A DNA stretch of 63,877 bases, counting the filler, from Octopus bimaculoides (taxonomy: Eukaryota): the NCBI RefSeq assembly GCF_001194135.2. It is 5 parts of 5 records of this genome, joined end to end, with 100 filler letters (N's around TTAATTAATTAA, not from the genome) between each part and the next. Parts side by side here need not be neighbours in the genome. Positions count along the whole stretch, not along the records: positions 1 to 25,779 come from NC_068997.1; 4 more parts are not named here. One strand, written 5' to 3'. The notes under the pieces are model-generated. The model worked only from the letters and a program-made list of their open reading frames with translations. It made no database searches and was not told the DNA's origin. The position numbers and the translations under genes are program-made. Position 1 is the first letter of the stretch. Every line of letters starts with the position of its first letter. Below are positions 1 through 12,731 of the stretch, piece after piece.

Positions 1-3000
1 CGAATGTCCAGAAACTAGAGGAGCATGGAACTGACATTGTTTTTGAGAACCTATGATTGTGCTGAAGGAGATAACCCAAACAATATCATCATGGCTGTGC
101 TGAAAAGCAATGGCTACTCAAGATCTTTAGCACAGATAAAGTGAAATAAGCTGGAGTTTATATGCTCCCATGCTCTCATAAGATCCCACATCAGCACTCT
201 TGATGCCATCTTTGATAATGAACAAGGATGACAAGGATGGAGGCTGGATGTAGGTGAAAGCTGCCCCCCCCCCACACACACACACTTGGTAGACACTCAA
301 GGAAACAAAGAAGAAGATATAAGCAAGAAACCTGCCAGGAAAGAAAACCCAAGTGCAAATGCCCCTACCACCATCAAAGTGAAAAACCAAGGATATGAAA
401 GAGCCAAGAAAGAACAACCAAAAGAAACAAAAACGAAAACAAAAGATGAAACAGCCAAAGAAAGAAGCAAGTCTGACTGCCCATACAACAAACAGGATAA
501 AAAGAGACAGCACACACAAATAAGTAAATTTTATTTGAAAGGTGTCTGCTGACATAGAGTGGGAGAATCAAGCTTCTGTTTTGCATACCAAAGACCCTGC
601 CACACCAACACGAAACAGGGTGGAAACCACCTACCAAAAGGAAAGGTTCACATTTCACCAGCCCCAAAATGGAAATACGCAGATGTAGTGCACACTACAA
701 ACCAGTCCTATCAACATGTTGGAAAGGCAGCTGCTGAATAACAATCGTTTTTGTGCATGGCACAAAAGATTGTACAGCAACTGACCTGGCTACATCAATC
801 TCACAGATGGGACTATCCCCAATACACAAAACCACCGCATCAAATGGAACCAAGGTGGACACCACTGGCAACAACACAGATATCACATCATTGCTCTTAC
901 TGAATATCAGAGGACTACTAACACAGAACAAAAATTCCTTTTCTGAGAGACCTTGTTGCATGCAATCAAGCCTTACGCATAGCACTTATGGAAACACATG
1001 AAATCAGATATAGCAAATGCAGAAATTCACATACCACAGTATGTTGTATTACAGACCGACAGAAAAGAAAGGAGTCACGATGGAGTTGCTATGTACATCC
1101 GCAAAGACCTCAGGTCTTTTTGTCACACTCAAATTCAATATGTAACACACTAATTGTACATATAAGACAACTTGATGTAGTTATATGTGCTACATATTGC
1201 CTTCCAGATGCTCTGAATCATGCAGACAAGTTTGAAGCCTGCCTTACAAAAATAGAAGTAGTCCTGGTTATATTAGAACACATAAGTGTCAATGTCAGAT
1301 GGCCTGAAGGCCTTTCTCTCTCAGGAATGGTGCATTGCGAACAAGGACAGGTGAAGTCCCTCCAGAACCTCATCAACACTTTGTACATGGAACAAATAGT
1401 ACTCCAACCAATCAAGACAGGTAATATACTGGATATCTGTTTCACAAATAATATGGACCTCATCCATAATGTGAAAGATGCTACTTTCAGATCACGACAT
1501 GGTACAGCTGACCATGTATGGACTAAAAGAAACCATGGACATGCAACCTACAAGAAACTCTCAAAATCTTTCCAGTTTGAACAGCCATAAGCAAACTGGA
1601 AACAAATTTAGAAGATCTTCAAACAAAACTGGCCTAAATGTCTCTCCTCACCGGACATCAACATGAAGCTTCAACAGTTCGTGTCTGTAATGCAAGCCAT
1701 ATGCTACAAATATGTCCCAGAGAGAAAGGCCACTATACAGAAGAACAAAATCCCCAGGGAGAGGAAAATTTTTATGAGACGGCGTACAAAAATTTCAAAT
1801 CACCTAAACGAACTAATTGAAAGCAGTGAAAAATCCTGCCTGAAAATACAACTGCTGGAGATAGAAAAAATCTGCAACTCTCTCATGAAAAACAAAGAGC
1901 AGACAAAGAAGCCTGGGCTATTGACAATATAAAATCTAACCACAGAGCCTTCTACAAATTTGCCAAAGAAACAGCCTCAGTGCACTGCAGGGTAGGGCCA
2001 CTCCTTGCAAAAGATGGTTCACTCGCAGGAAACCCAATGAGGATAAGTGAAATACTAAATGAGCAATTCAAAAGTGTTTTCACTCCACCCCTAGGGCACT
2101 TGCAAGTCAGCAATCCAGCTGACCTTTTTTACCACTGCAGATTTAAAAACAGAGGCAGTGATGATTGATTACATCAGTATAAAAGACAATGTAATAAGGG
2201 CTATCGATGAAATGAACCCAAACTCAGCTACTGGCTCTGATGGATTCCCAGCAATCCTTCTAAAAGCATGTAAGCAAGTCCTATCAAGACCACTGCAGTC
2301 CAGAGTTTCCTTGCAACTAACAAACTTCAAAGCAAGCTGAAGGAAGGTAAAATATGCCCTATTCATAAAAGAGATAGCAGAGCAGAGGCCAATAACTACA
2401 GAACTATCTCTCTGACCTCACACATCAGCAAAGTCATGGAATGAATAGTCAGCAGAAAAATAATCACTTTCCTTGAAGAAAATGACTTGCTGACTGACAC
2501 CCAACATGGTTTCCAACCAGGAAGAAGCTGCCTGACTCAGCTCTTACAACACTACAACTGGGTGTCAAAACAGCTGCTCAACCACTCAAATGTGGATGTG
2601 ATATATCTTGATGTTGCAAAGGCCTTCAATAAAGTCGATCATGAAAGGATATGTCACAAAGTGCATGTTCTTGGCATAGTTGGGAAATTGGGAGAATGGC
2701 TGCACAAGTTTCTGAAGGATAAAAGTCGGGTGGTAGCAGCTAATGGGGCCACCTCCAATGACACACACTATTCTGGGACCACTACTGTTCATAATAGCCC
2801 TCTTAGATATGCCCTCAGCCACACAGAGACCTATGATCACAAGTTATGCAGATGATACAAAAGTCTCACAGGTGATACAGAACTCTGAAGACGCTATGCA
2901 CCTGCAATGTGAGTTGGATGAAATATACAAGTGGGCTGAAAAGAATAAGCATGCAGTTTAATGCTGGAAAGTTTCAAGCCTTGTGCTATCAGCATGCAAA

Positions 3001-3380
3001 ACTAAATGCAATACCAATTAAATACACTAGACCTGGAGAGATTGCAATCCCAGAGACACAGTTAGTGCGAGATCTGGGCATTTACATGAGTAATGAAGCA
3101 TCCTTCCATGTGCATGTTGCTAAGTTGGTAATGAAATGCAGGCGATTGACCAGATGGATTCTTAGAACTTTCAGTTTGAGAGATCAGGAAACCAGGATGA
3201 TCCTCTGGAGGACATTTTTCCTAAGCTGCTTTGACTATTGCTCCCAGCTGTGGTCACCAACCAGTGTAAAATTAATTGCAGAACTTGGGGCAATCCAATG
3301 AAGCTACATGAAGAAGATAGCTTCTTTGCAGCATATAAGCCACTGAGAAAAACTCAAGAGATTAAGACTCTATTCCCTAG
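1..3380 (+). mobile_element. Decayed CR1/L2-group LINE (ORF1 remnant, APE endonuclease, reverse transcriptase), many frameshifts and stops
   Basis: Endonuclease start LLNIRGL at ~895. RT motifs QHGFQPGRSCLTQLLQHY and YLDVAKAFNKVDH in ORF 2487-2855; SYADDTK at ~2842-2862; C-terminal LSCFDYCSQLWSP in ORF 2909-3301. The K-rich ORF 286-552 ends in a CCCH-like start (KFYLKGVC*H). Ends approximate. Confidence 0.85.
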
Positions 3381-3774
3381 ATCTATATAAATATAATTGA
3401 TGTGTGTGTGTGTATGTGTGCATATCACCTAGGGTAATTTGTATAATTTAGATGAAAATGTGCCAAGAGAAATAACTCAAAGTGACCAGTGGCATGGACA
3501 GGAACAATAAAAGACACTATATCAAATACCATACAGGTTAACTTTTTCATTTATTGAAATTATTTTCCTTTGAGAAGAAATTTTCAAAATCACTGTGTAA
3601 CAACTGCAGCCACTTCTAATCTTAAGAATAAGAATTTTCTGAAATTGACTAGCCATTAGGTCTGTTTATCCTTTTTGTCTTCAGATAAGAGAAGATAATC
3701 CCAATAAATCAGGAATTTATCTTACATGGTACTTTAGGTATCTTTACATTTATATATGAGTTTATTCATTATTT

Positions 3775-5885
3775 CGTGTTGCAAGACAGTGTAGGAGAGA
3801 GAATAGTGATGTCGTAGGAGAGAAATGTGTTCGCATGGATGATGGTACGCTTGCACTAAATGAGGCTGCAAAGAAAGAGGTCTGGAGATGCCACTACGAT
3901 AGATTGCTTAATAAAGAGAATGAATGGGAGAAAGAAAGCTTGCCGTATGTCGACCCAACAGAGGGACCAGCTATCTGAGTTGATACTACCAGGGTACATA
4001 AAGCAATTAAGAGTATGAAGACAGGGAAAGCCCCTGGCCCATCAGGAATCACTGCAGAGATGCTCAAAATATCTGGCAATGTTGGCTACAGCCTAGTCAC
4101 CCATATTACGAACCACGTGTTACACGAAGGAGTCATACCCAATGACTGGTGTAGCAGCACCATAGTCAACTGCTACAAAGGTAAAGGTGACACTTTAGAT
4201 ACAAATAATTACAGATGCATCAAGCTGTTAGATCAGGTTATGAAAGTTATGGAGAGGGTCATAGCCCAACTAATTAGGGAGCGAATCAATTTAGATGAGA
4301 TACAGTTTGGGTTTGTGCCAGGTAAAAGCACTACTGATGCCATATTTCTAGTAAGACAGCTGCAGGAGAAATACCTAGCCAAGGATAAACCTCTGTACCT
4401 GGCTTTCGTTGACATGGAGAAAGCCTTTGACAGGGTCCCCCGATCCCTTATCTGGTGGTCAATGAGGANNNNNNNNNNNNNNNNNNNNNNNNNNNNNNNN
4501 NNNNNNNNNNNNNNNNNNNNNNNNNNNNNNNNNNNNNNNNNNNNNNNNNNNNNNNNNNNNNNNNNNNNNNNNNNNNNNNNNNNNNNNNNNNNNNNNNNNN
4601 NNNNNNNNNNNNNNNNNNNNNNNNNNNNNNNNNNNNNNNNNNNNNNNNNNNNNNNNNNNNNNNNNNNNNNNNNNNNNNNNNNNNNNNNNNNNNNNNNNNN
4701 NNNNNNNNNNNNNNNNNNNNNNNNNNNNNNNNNNNNNNNNNNNNNNNNNNNNNNNNNNNNNNNNNNNNNNNNNNNNNNNNNNNNNNNNNNNNNNNNNNNN
4801 NNNNNNNNNNNNNNNNNNNNNNNNNNNNNNNNNNNNNNNNNNNNNNNNNNNNNNNNNNNNNNNNNNNNNNNNNNNNNNNNNNNNNNNNNNNNNNNNNNNN
4901 NNNNNNNNNNNNNNNNNNNNNNNNNNNNNNNNNNNNNNNNNNNNNNNNNNNNNNNNNNNNNNNNNNNNNNNNNNNNNNNNNNNNNNNNNNNNNNNNNNNN
5001 NNNNNNNNNNNNNNNNNNNNNNNNNNNNNNNNNNNNNNNNNNNNNNNNNNNNNNNNNNNNNNNNNNNNNNNNNNNNNNNNNNNNNNNNNNNNNNNNNNNN
5101 NNNNNNNNNNNNNNNNNNNNNNNNNNNNNNNNNNNNNNNNNNNNNNNNNNNNNNNNNNNNNNNNNNNNNNNNNNNNNNNNNNNNNNNNNNNNNNNNNNNN
5201 NNNNNNNNNNNNNNNNNNNNNNNNNNNNNNNNNNNNNNNNNNNNNNNNNNNNNNNNNNNNNNNNNNNNNNNNNNNNNNNNNNNNNNNNNNNNNNNNNNNN
5301 NNNNNNNNNNNNNNNNNNNNNNNNNNNNNNNNNNNNNNNNNNNNNNNNNNNNNNNNNNNNNNNNNNNNNNNNNNNNNNNNNNNNNNNNNNNNNNNNNNNN
5401 NNNNNNNNNNNNNNNNNNNNNNNNNNNNNNNNNNNNNNNNNNNNNNNNNNNNNNNCATGAGAAGACCCGGCAAGCCAAGTGAGATCGTTGCCAGTGCCCC
5501 TGGACTGGCTCTTGTGCGGGTGGCACATAAGATGCACCATTTTGAGCGTGGCCATTGCCAGTACCGCCTGACTGGCCTTCGTAGGATTTTCGAGTGAAAT
5601 CGTTGCCAGTGCCCCTGGACTGGCTCTTGTGCAGGTGGCACATAATAAGACACCATTTTGAGTGTGGCCATTGCCAGTACCGCCTGACTGGCCTTCGTGC
5701 AGGTGACACGTAAAAGCACCCACTACACTCTCTGAGTGGTTGGCGTTAGGAAGGGCATCCAGCTGTAGAAACTCTGCCAAATTAGATTGGAGCCTGGTAT
5801 TGCCATCCGGCTTAACCAGTCCTCAGTCAAATTGTCCAACCCATGCTAGCATGGAAAGCGGACGTTAAACGATGATGATGATGAT
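3775..5885 (+). mobile_element. 5'-truncated RTE-clade LINE, copy A (gap 4469-5455), with 3' UTR minisatellite and (GAT)n tail
   Basis: ORF from 4015: GKAPGPSGITAEMLK...QFGFVPGKSTTDAIFLVRQLQEKY...LAFVDMEKAFDRVP. After the gap come 3' UTR tandem units, the CCATGCTAGCATGG palindrome and the GATGATGATG tail at ~5870-5885. Confidence 0.9.
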
Positions 5886-6235
5886 TGGCCATTTGATAAC
5901 ACTCGAATTATGCACAGCTAAGCTAAGAATTTCTCTTGTTTTTAATCCCCACATTCATTCAAACCCATCTATTCTCTAAAATAATTCTTTCTAGCTTGTT
6001 CTGCCCCTAAAATGACTAACCTTGTTTCTCGGTTACATGTATATACATGTTTCGTATTTCTATTTAACATAATTCTTTCTTGTTTGCTCTGCTCCCTAAA
6101 ATGACTCATTCTTGTCTGTGGTTGCTTTTGTAAACTGTAAACATTTATATTAATTCATCAAATAATTTCCAAATTGTTATCTCTCCCTCTAAAATAGTCC
6201 CATCCCTTGTTTCTTGACTACATATATATGTATCA

Positions 6236-7417
6236 CCATCATCATCATCATCATCGTTTAACATCCACTTTCCATGCTAGCATGGGTTGGACGATTTGAC
6301 TGAAGACTGGTAAAACCGGATGGCAACACCAGCCACCAATCTGATTTGGCAGAGTTTCTACAGCTGGATGCCCTTCCTAATGCCAACCACTCAGAGAGTG
6401 TAGTGGGTGCTTTTACATGTCACCCGCACGAATGCCAGTCAGGCAGAACTGGCAACGGCCACGCTCAAAATGGTGTATTTTATGTGCCACCGGCACAAGA
6501 GCCAGTCCAGGGGCACTGGCAAAGATCTCGCTCAGTAATCCTACGAAGGCCAGTCAGGCGGTACTGGCAACGGCTACGCTGAAAATGGTGTATTTTATGT
6601 GCCACACACACAAGAGCCAGTCCAGGGGCACTGGCAACGATCTCGCTCGGAAATCTTTACACATGTCACGGGCACAAGTGCCAGGAAGGCGACGCTGGGC
6701 ACAGGTGCTATCCCGATCTCACTATTCGCTTGCCCCAATAAGTCTTCGCAAGCTGAGTTTCGTGTCCAATGAAGGAGATGACGTTGGCACAGGTGCCAGT
6801 CGTCGAATTTAGTTCGATTTCACTTGCCTCAACAAGTCTTCGCAAGCGNNNNNNNNNNNNNNNNNNNNNNNNNNNNNNNNNNNNNNNNNNNNNNNNNNNN
6901 NNNNNNNNNNNNNNNNNNNNNNNNNNNNNNNNNNNNNNNNNNNNNNNNNNNNNNNNNNNNNNNNNNNNNNNNNNNNNNNNNNNNNNNNNNNNNNNNNNNN
7001 NNNNNNNNNNNNNNNNNNNNNNNNNNNNNNNNNNNNNNNNNNNNNNNNNNNNNNNNNNNNNNNNNNNNNNNNNNNNNNNNNNNNNNNNNNNNNNNNNNNN
7101 NNNNNNNNNNNNNNNNNNNNNNNNNNNNNNNNNNNNNNNNNNNNNNNNNNNNNNNNNNNNNNNNNNNNTGTTAGGGTGTGGCACTTTTTCACACAGCTAT
7201 CCTCGTCCATTCTCACCACATGTCCATACCAGCGCAATCGTCTCTCTTGCACACCACAACTGATGCTTCGTATGTTCAGCTTTTCTCTCAAGATACTTAC
7301 ACTCTGACGGGTATGCACACTGACATTGCACATCCAACGGAGCATACTGGCTTCATTCCTTGCGAACCTACGCATGTCCTCAGCAGTTACAGCCCATGTT
7401 TCACTGCCATGTAGCAT
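6236..7417 (-). mobile_element. 5'-truncated RTE LINE, copy B (3' end of ORF, 3' UTR, tail), with internal gap
   Basis: Minus ORF MLHGSETWAVTAEDMRRFARNEASMLRWMCNV...RRLRWYGHVVRM. (CAT)n on the + strand at ~6236-6254 followed by CGTTTAACATCCACTTTCCATGCTAGCATGG. Confidence 0.9.
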
Positions 7418-10400
7418 ATTCTTCTGCAGGCTACCTCAAAGACGAGTGACAATGATCTCATCTTTGTGGCTGGAGATTTTAATGGGCATGTCGGACAGCA
7501 ACCTGGTATCTTCCATGGTGTACATGGGGGCCATGGAGTTGGTGCTAGAAATGAAGTTCTGGAATTCTGCGATGCAAATAACCTATTGATCTGCAACACC
7601 AACTTCAGGAAGCCAGCCAGCCACCTTATAACCTATCAATCAGGTGACTCTGCTAGCCAGATTTATTCCATTCCCACTAGACAGCGGGATGCATAGTCGC
7701 TCTTAAATACAAAGACCTGGTGAAGAATGTACCCCCCAGCATAGACTAGTTATTAGTGACTTTAGACTCGAAGCCAGAAGGATGCCAGAAAGCTGACCAA
7801 TCTGGAAAAGAAAGACTTGGAAGCTTAAGAACTCTTCACATAGTCAAAGATTTAGGGATATCCTTACGGAGAAATTTGATGATAGGGAGGAGGAACTATA
7901 GTCCTGTGTCATAGAAGGCAGCTGGGAATTCCTGCGAGACAGCTTGCTGAGCACCACAGACCAAATCTGTGGCTAGTGCAAAGTCCCTTCCAGACATAGG
8001 ATAACATGGTGGTGGAACAATACTGTAGACAGGGCTATTAGAGCAAAGAAACAGGCCTGGAAGACCAAGGGTAGCAGGAGACTGTATCAGACAGCCAAAA
8101 GGGAAGCTAAGAGACAGGTATATATATAGCCAAGGGAGTAGCAGAAAAGAAGTTTGCCAATGTTCTGTGGCATGAGGACCAAAGAACTGAAGTATTTCAA
8201 ATTCCATGTGAAAGAAAACCGTGATGTCATAGAAGAGAATGGTGTCTGCATGGATGATGGTGCCTTTGTGTTTAATGATTCTGCAAAGAATGAGGCTTGG
8301 AGATGCATTATGAAAGACTACTGAATGTGGAGAATGAATGGGAGGAGGAGAGTCAGCCAAAGGTTGACCCAATTGTGGGACCAGCTGTCTGAATTGACAA
8401 TACTCTGGTAGATAAAGCAATTAAAGATATGAAGACAGGGAAAGCACCTGGCCCATCAGGAATCACCGCTGAGATGCTTAAAATGTCGGGCAGTATGGGT
8501 TATGTTTTTGTCACCCACATTTTAAATCAGGTAGTTCATGAAGGAGTTATAGCCAATGACTGGTGTAGCACCACCATAGTCAGCTGCTACAAAGGTAAAG
8601 GTGATGCTTTAGATAGAAATAACTACAAGGGTATCAAATTATTAGATCAGGTGATGAAAGTTACAGAGAAGGTCAAAGCCCAACTAATTAAGGAGAGAGT
8701 TAGACTAGATGAGATGCAATTTGGTTTTGTGCTAAGCAGAAGCACCATTGATACTATATTTCTGGTAAGACAACTGCAAGAGAAATATCTAACTAAATAT
8801 AAACTTCTGTACTTGGCTTTTGTTGACTTGGAGAAAGCCTTTGACAGGGTCCCCTGATCCCTTATCTGGTGGTCAATGAGGAAACTGGGGAGAGACAAGT
8901 GGTTGGTAAGAGCTGTACAAGCCCTGAACAGGGATGCTGTCAGTAAGATGAGTGTTGGCAATGAGTATAGGGAAGAATTCCAAGTAGAAGTAGGGGTTCA
9001 CCAAGGATCAGTCCTCAGCCTCCTCTTATTCATCATGGTCCTCCTGGCAATAACAGAGGAAGTCAAGACAGGCTGCCCCTGGGAGCTCCTCTATGCTGAT
9101 GACCTTGCTCTAATAGCTGAGTCACTATTAGAACTAGAGACGAAGTTTAGGGTGTGGAAGCAAGGTCTAGAATCGAAGGGCCTTAAGGTTAACCTGGCAA
9201 AAACCAAAGTCCTAGTAAGTAGGAAGGCTGACAAATCATGAACCCCTTCAGGTAGATGGCCCTTGATTTGTAGTAAAGGTGTGGGTAGAAACTCCATAAG
9301 ATGTACCCAGTGTAAGCTGTGGACACATAAAAGGTACAGCAATATTAAAGGAAGGTTAACCGGGAAGATAGTTTTTGTATGTGGCAGATGCACAGGAACA
9401 ATAAACATTGAAGATGTACAGAAAATAGATTGTGCCACATGCTAGGAGGAAAAACTAGACGTAGTTAATAGCTTCCGCTACCTAGGCGACCAAGTCTGTA
9501 GTTGGGGTGGTTGCTCTGATAGTGTAGCGACTAGAATAAGAATAGCCTGGGCAAAGTTCAGGGAGCCCCTACCTCTGCTAGCAATTAAGGGACTCTCACT
9601 CAAGATAAAAGGTAGACTGTATGATGCATGTGTGCAAACTACCATGCTACACGGCAGTGAAACATGGGCCATGACTGCTGAGGACATGCATAGGCTTGAA
9701 AGAAATGAAGCTAGTATGATCCGTTGGATGTCTAATGTTAGTGTGCATATATGACAGAGTGTAAGTGCCCTAAGAGAAAAGTTGGACATAAGAAGCATCA
9801 AATGTGGTGTACAAGAGAGGTGACTGTGCTGGTATGGCCATGTGTTACATATGAATGAAGACAGCTGTGTGAGGAAGTGCCACTCCCTAACTGTAGAAAG
9901 AACCTGTGGAAGAGGTAGACCCAGGAAGACATGAGATGAAGTGGTGAAGCATGACCTCTAAACATTGGACCTCACAGAGGTAATGACAGGAGACCAAGAC
10001 CTTTGGAGATATGCTGTGATCGAAAAGACCCGGCAACTAAAGTGAGATTGCAGCCATGGCTGATGCCAGTGTTGCATGTCCAGCCCATTTAAGAATATTC
10101 TTGATGCATCGAGTGATATGATATGCCTGAGAAGACCTGTTGAGTCAAGTAAAACCAAAATCATAACTGTAGCCAGTACCCCCTGACTGGCTCCCATTCT
10201 GGTGACACGTAAAATGCATCATTTAAACATGGTTGATGCCAGTGTCCCCTGACTGGCTCCCGTGCTGGTGGCACATAAAAAGTACCAGCCGAATGTGGCC
10301 GATGCTAGTACCCACTGACTGACTCCTGTGCCAGTGTTCATTGCCAGACCTGCCTGACTGGCTCTTGTGTTGGTGGCACATAAAAAGCACCCACTACACT

Positions 10401-10448
10401 CTCAGAGTGGTTGGCGTTAGGAAGGGCATCTAGCTGTAGAAACACTGC
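7418..10448 (+). mobile_element. Decayed RTE LINE, copy C (endonuclease C-half, RT, 3' UTR)
   Basis: VAGDFNGHVG endonuclease motif at ~7466. RT ORFs 8429-8857 and 8876-9241 contain VGVHQGSVLS and ELLYADDLAL. Several in-frame TGA stops at positions where other copies have CGA (8855, 9752, 9821). Confidence 0.9.
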
Positions 10449-11559
10449 CTGATAATGAATGTGCCTCTAGGCTTCTTCTGAGGGTCTCAGTGGTTGGCGG
10501 GGCTAATACATATACATAAAACTCAGTTAACAATAGCTACAGTGTGTTTGTCTTTTGTAAAATAGAGTAGAAAAAGAATAAGAGTAAGAATTAGAACAAG
10601 CACGAGGATACAGGTGAAGTACATCTTAGTATAATGGTTTGCCCAAACCATTATTACTGGCTGATGTCTGTCGATTTCATATCCTCTCCACTTTCTTATT
10701 TGCTGTATAAATCAAGGATAAACTACCTTTTACCCCCACCCATATATAATACTCAATTGCGAGATTGCCACACAATAAATAGCACTTGGGTATGAATAAC
10801 TGGGTACACTACCAGCTGTATATTGGATAGGTACTATCCCTTAGTTGGTTTTTCAAACTCTAACTCACACACACACACACACACATATATATGTATGTAT
10901 ATATGTATATAGATAGGGATAGATGGCTAAGCAGGTAGGTAGGTAGGCAAATAGGATGGGAGAGTTACAGAGTGACATTCTTAATCACATTACCATGTCT
11001 GCACCTATATTAAATAGTATATCTATCAACAGAGTTGTGCGATATGAATTCCATCTGTAATTTTGTGATAAAAAGTCTTGTAGCAGCTATGTCATTGCTA
11101 TACTTTAACAAATATGACTGAACTTTTACAATATATCTTTAGTGATGTAGATACATGAACAAATTAAAAAGTGAAATTAACTGTTGTTGTTGCTGCTGTT
11201 GTTGTTGTTTAGCCACATATCAGGTGGGAAGAGATATTTGATAATGTAGTACATAATAGGAGCAGACCTGTGAATAAAAGCATTCTATTTATGACCATTC
11301 CAGCTTATTTTCCAACATCTGAAAATGTTATATGTAGTACTAAATTATTAAATATGGCATCCCTTTCTTATAGTGACAGGTGTGACTTGAGAGAGATTCA
11401 GTTACTATTCTTAGCAATTTAAGCAACAATATAGAGATCGTATCACTAGATCTATTTTTTTAAAGCTTTTTCTGTACAACTTTTGAAAACTTATTGTTTC
11501 TTCTTCTTGAGATTTTAATTATTTTGTTAAAATCATTGTCCTATATTTGTTGGAGTTTA

Positions 11560-12453
11560 TACAAGCAGGTACCCAAAAGTAACTGGAAACGTTCTGTGTG
11601 GGACAAGCCCATTGTAGTTCAGGCTTCTGCTGCTAGAAGCCACTTGATGCAACCCTCAGGCATCAGTATATCAACTGGTGTCATTGAGTGTAGTCCTACT
11701 GCTACTTGGTGCATCTTTGCTTTGCAGTGCTTCTCCCCTGTTCATTGATTTTTGTGATGGCTGAAATGAAGGAACAGTGTGCTTCCATGAAATTCTGTTT
11801 CCTGCTGGGGAAACAGCTGCCAAAACAGTTGTAATGCTTCTAACAGCTTACAAGGATGCTGTCATGAGCAAAACACAAGTTTACGAGTGGTTTTAATGCT
11901 TTAGAATGGTCACTCATTGCTTGAAGACCAACCTCATTCAGGGCATCTGTCGACTGCCCAAACAAATGAAAACATCATGCACTGATCCTGGAGGACCATC
12001 ACTGAACAACTGACGAACTTGTTGATATAACTGGTGTGTCCTAGAGCTCCTGCCAATGAATTTTGAGCAAGGAATTACAAATGAAAAGAGTTGCAGCAAA
12101 ATTTGTGTCTCCCTTGTTCATGGAAGATCAAAAGCAGCCATGACTGAATGCATGTCATGATCTGAAAGAAGAGTTGGACATTGATTCAGACCTTTTTTGA
12201 AGATCATAACTGATGATGAAAGCTGGTGCTATGGAATTTGCAAATGTGTAAGAGGTGAAGAAAGAATTGACAGAGACGTTAGAAAGCATCACTTCACAAG
12301 AGTTCCAGGAATACTTTGAACAATGGAAAATGCATCTTGACTGATGCATTGCTTCAAATGGAGAATACTTTGAAGGCAATAAAAGAGGAAACATGTAAAA
12401 CTAAGTGAATAAAATAATTTTACAAAATTCCAGTTTCTTTTGGGTATCACGTA
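11560..12453 (+). mobile_element. Internally deleted mariner transposon (~0.9 kb) with both TIRs
   Basis: Left TIR TACAAGCAGGTACCCAAAAGTAACTGGAA; right TIR TTCCAGTTTCTTTTGGGTATCACGTA; TA at both ends. Decayed transposase: MAEMKEQ..SMKFCFLLG, TQVYEWF, EDQPHSGH, KRVAAKFVS, IITDDESWCYG, then a jump to C-terminal FQEYFEQWK..CIASNGEYFEG. Confidence 0.85.
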
Positions 12454-12611
12454 AATTGTATAGATTTAACAAATTTCTTGAGTAAAATAAGAAAAAAGAA
12501 AGTTTTTTGCTTGATCATTGATCTTCTAAATTATTAATGGCCTTTAGTGTCTTTAATGATATTTAATATTATGAACCTTTCACCTTTTCTTTCTTTTCTA
12601 CAATTGTGCAG

Positions 12612-12731
12612 CTCAGTGGAGATGCCTGGAGATGTCCACATTGCCGTCATCAACAAACAGGAGCAATAAAGAAGTTACGACTATGTTCCTTGCCTGAAAT
12701 TTTGGTTGTTCATTTGAAACGTTTTAAACAG
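12612..12731 (+). CDS. USP31: USP31/USP43-like ubiquitin carboxyl-terminal hydrolase, internal exon (120 nt, phase 0/0)
   Basis: Polypyrimidine tract plus CAG acceptor at 12609-12611; GT donor at 12732. Encodes [40 protein letters not shown], matching the [11 protein letters not shown] zinc-ribbon and LPxxLxxHLKRF motifs. Symbol is a best family match; USP31 and USP43 cannot be separated here. Confidence 0.92.

Noticed and set aside
5483-6660. Regularly spaced GC-rich repeats superficially like a CRISPR array
   Set aside because: No unique spacers and no cas genes; the units are the RTE 3' UTR minisatellite in a eukaryotic genome.
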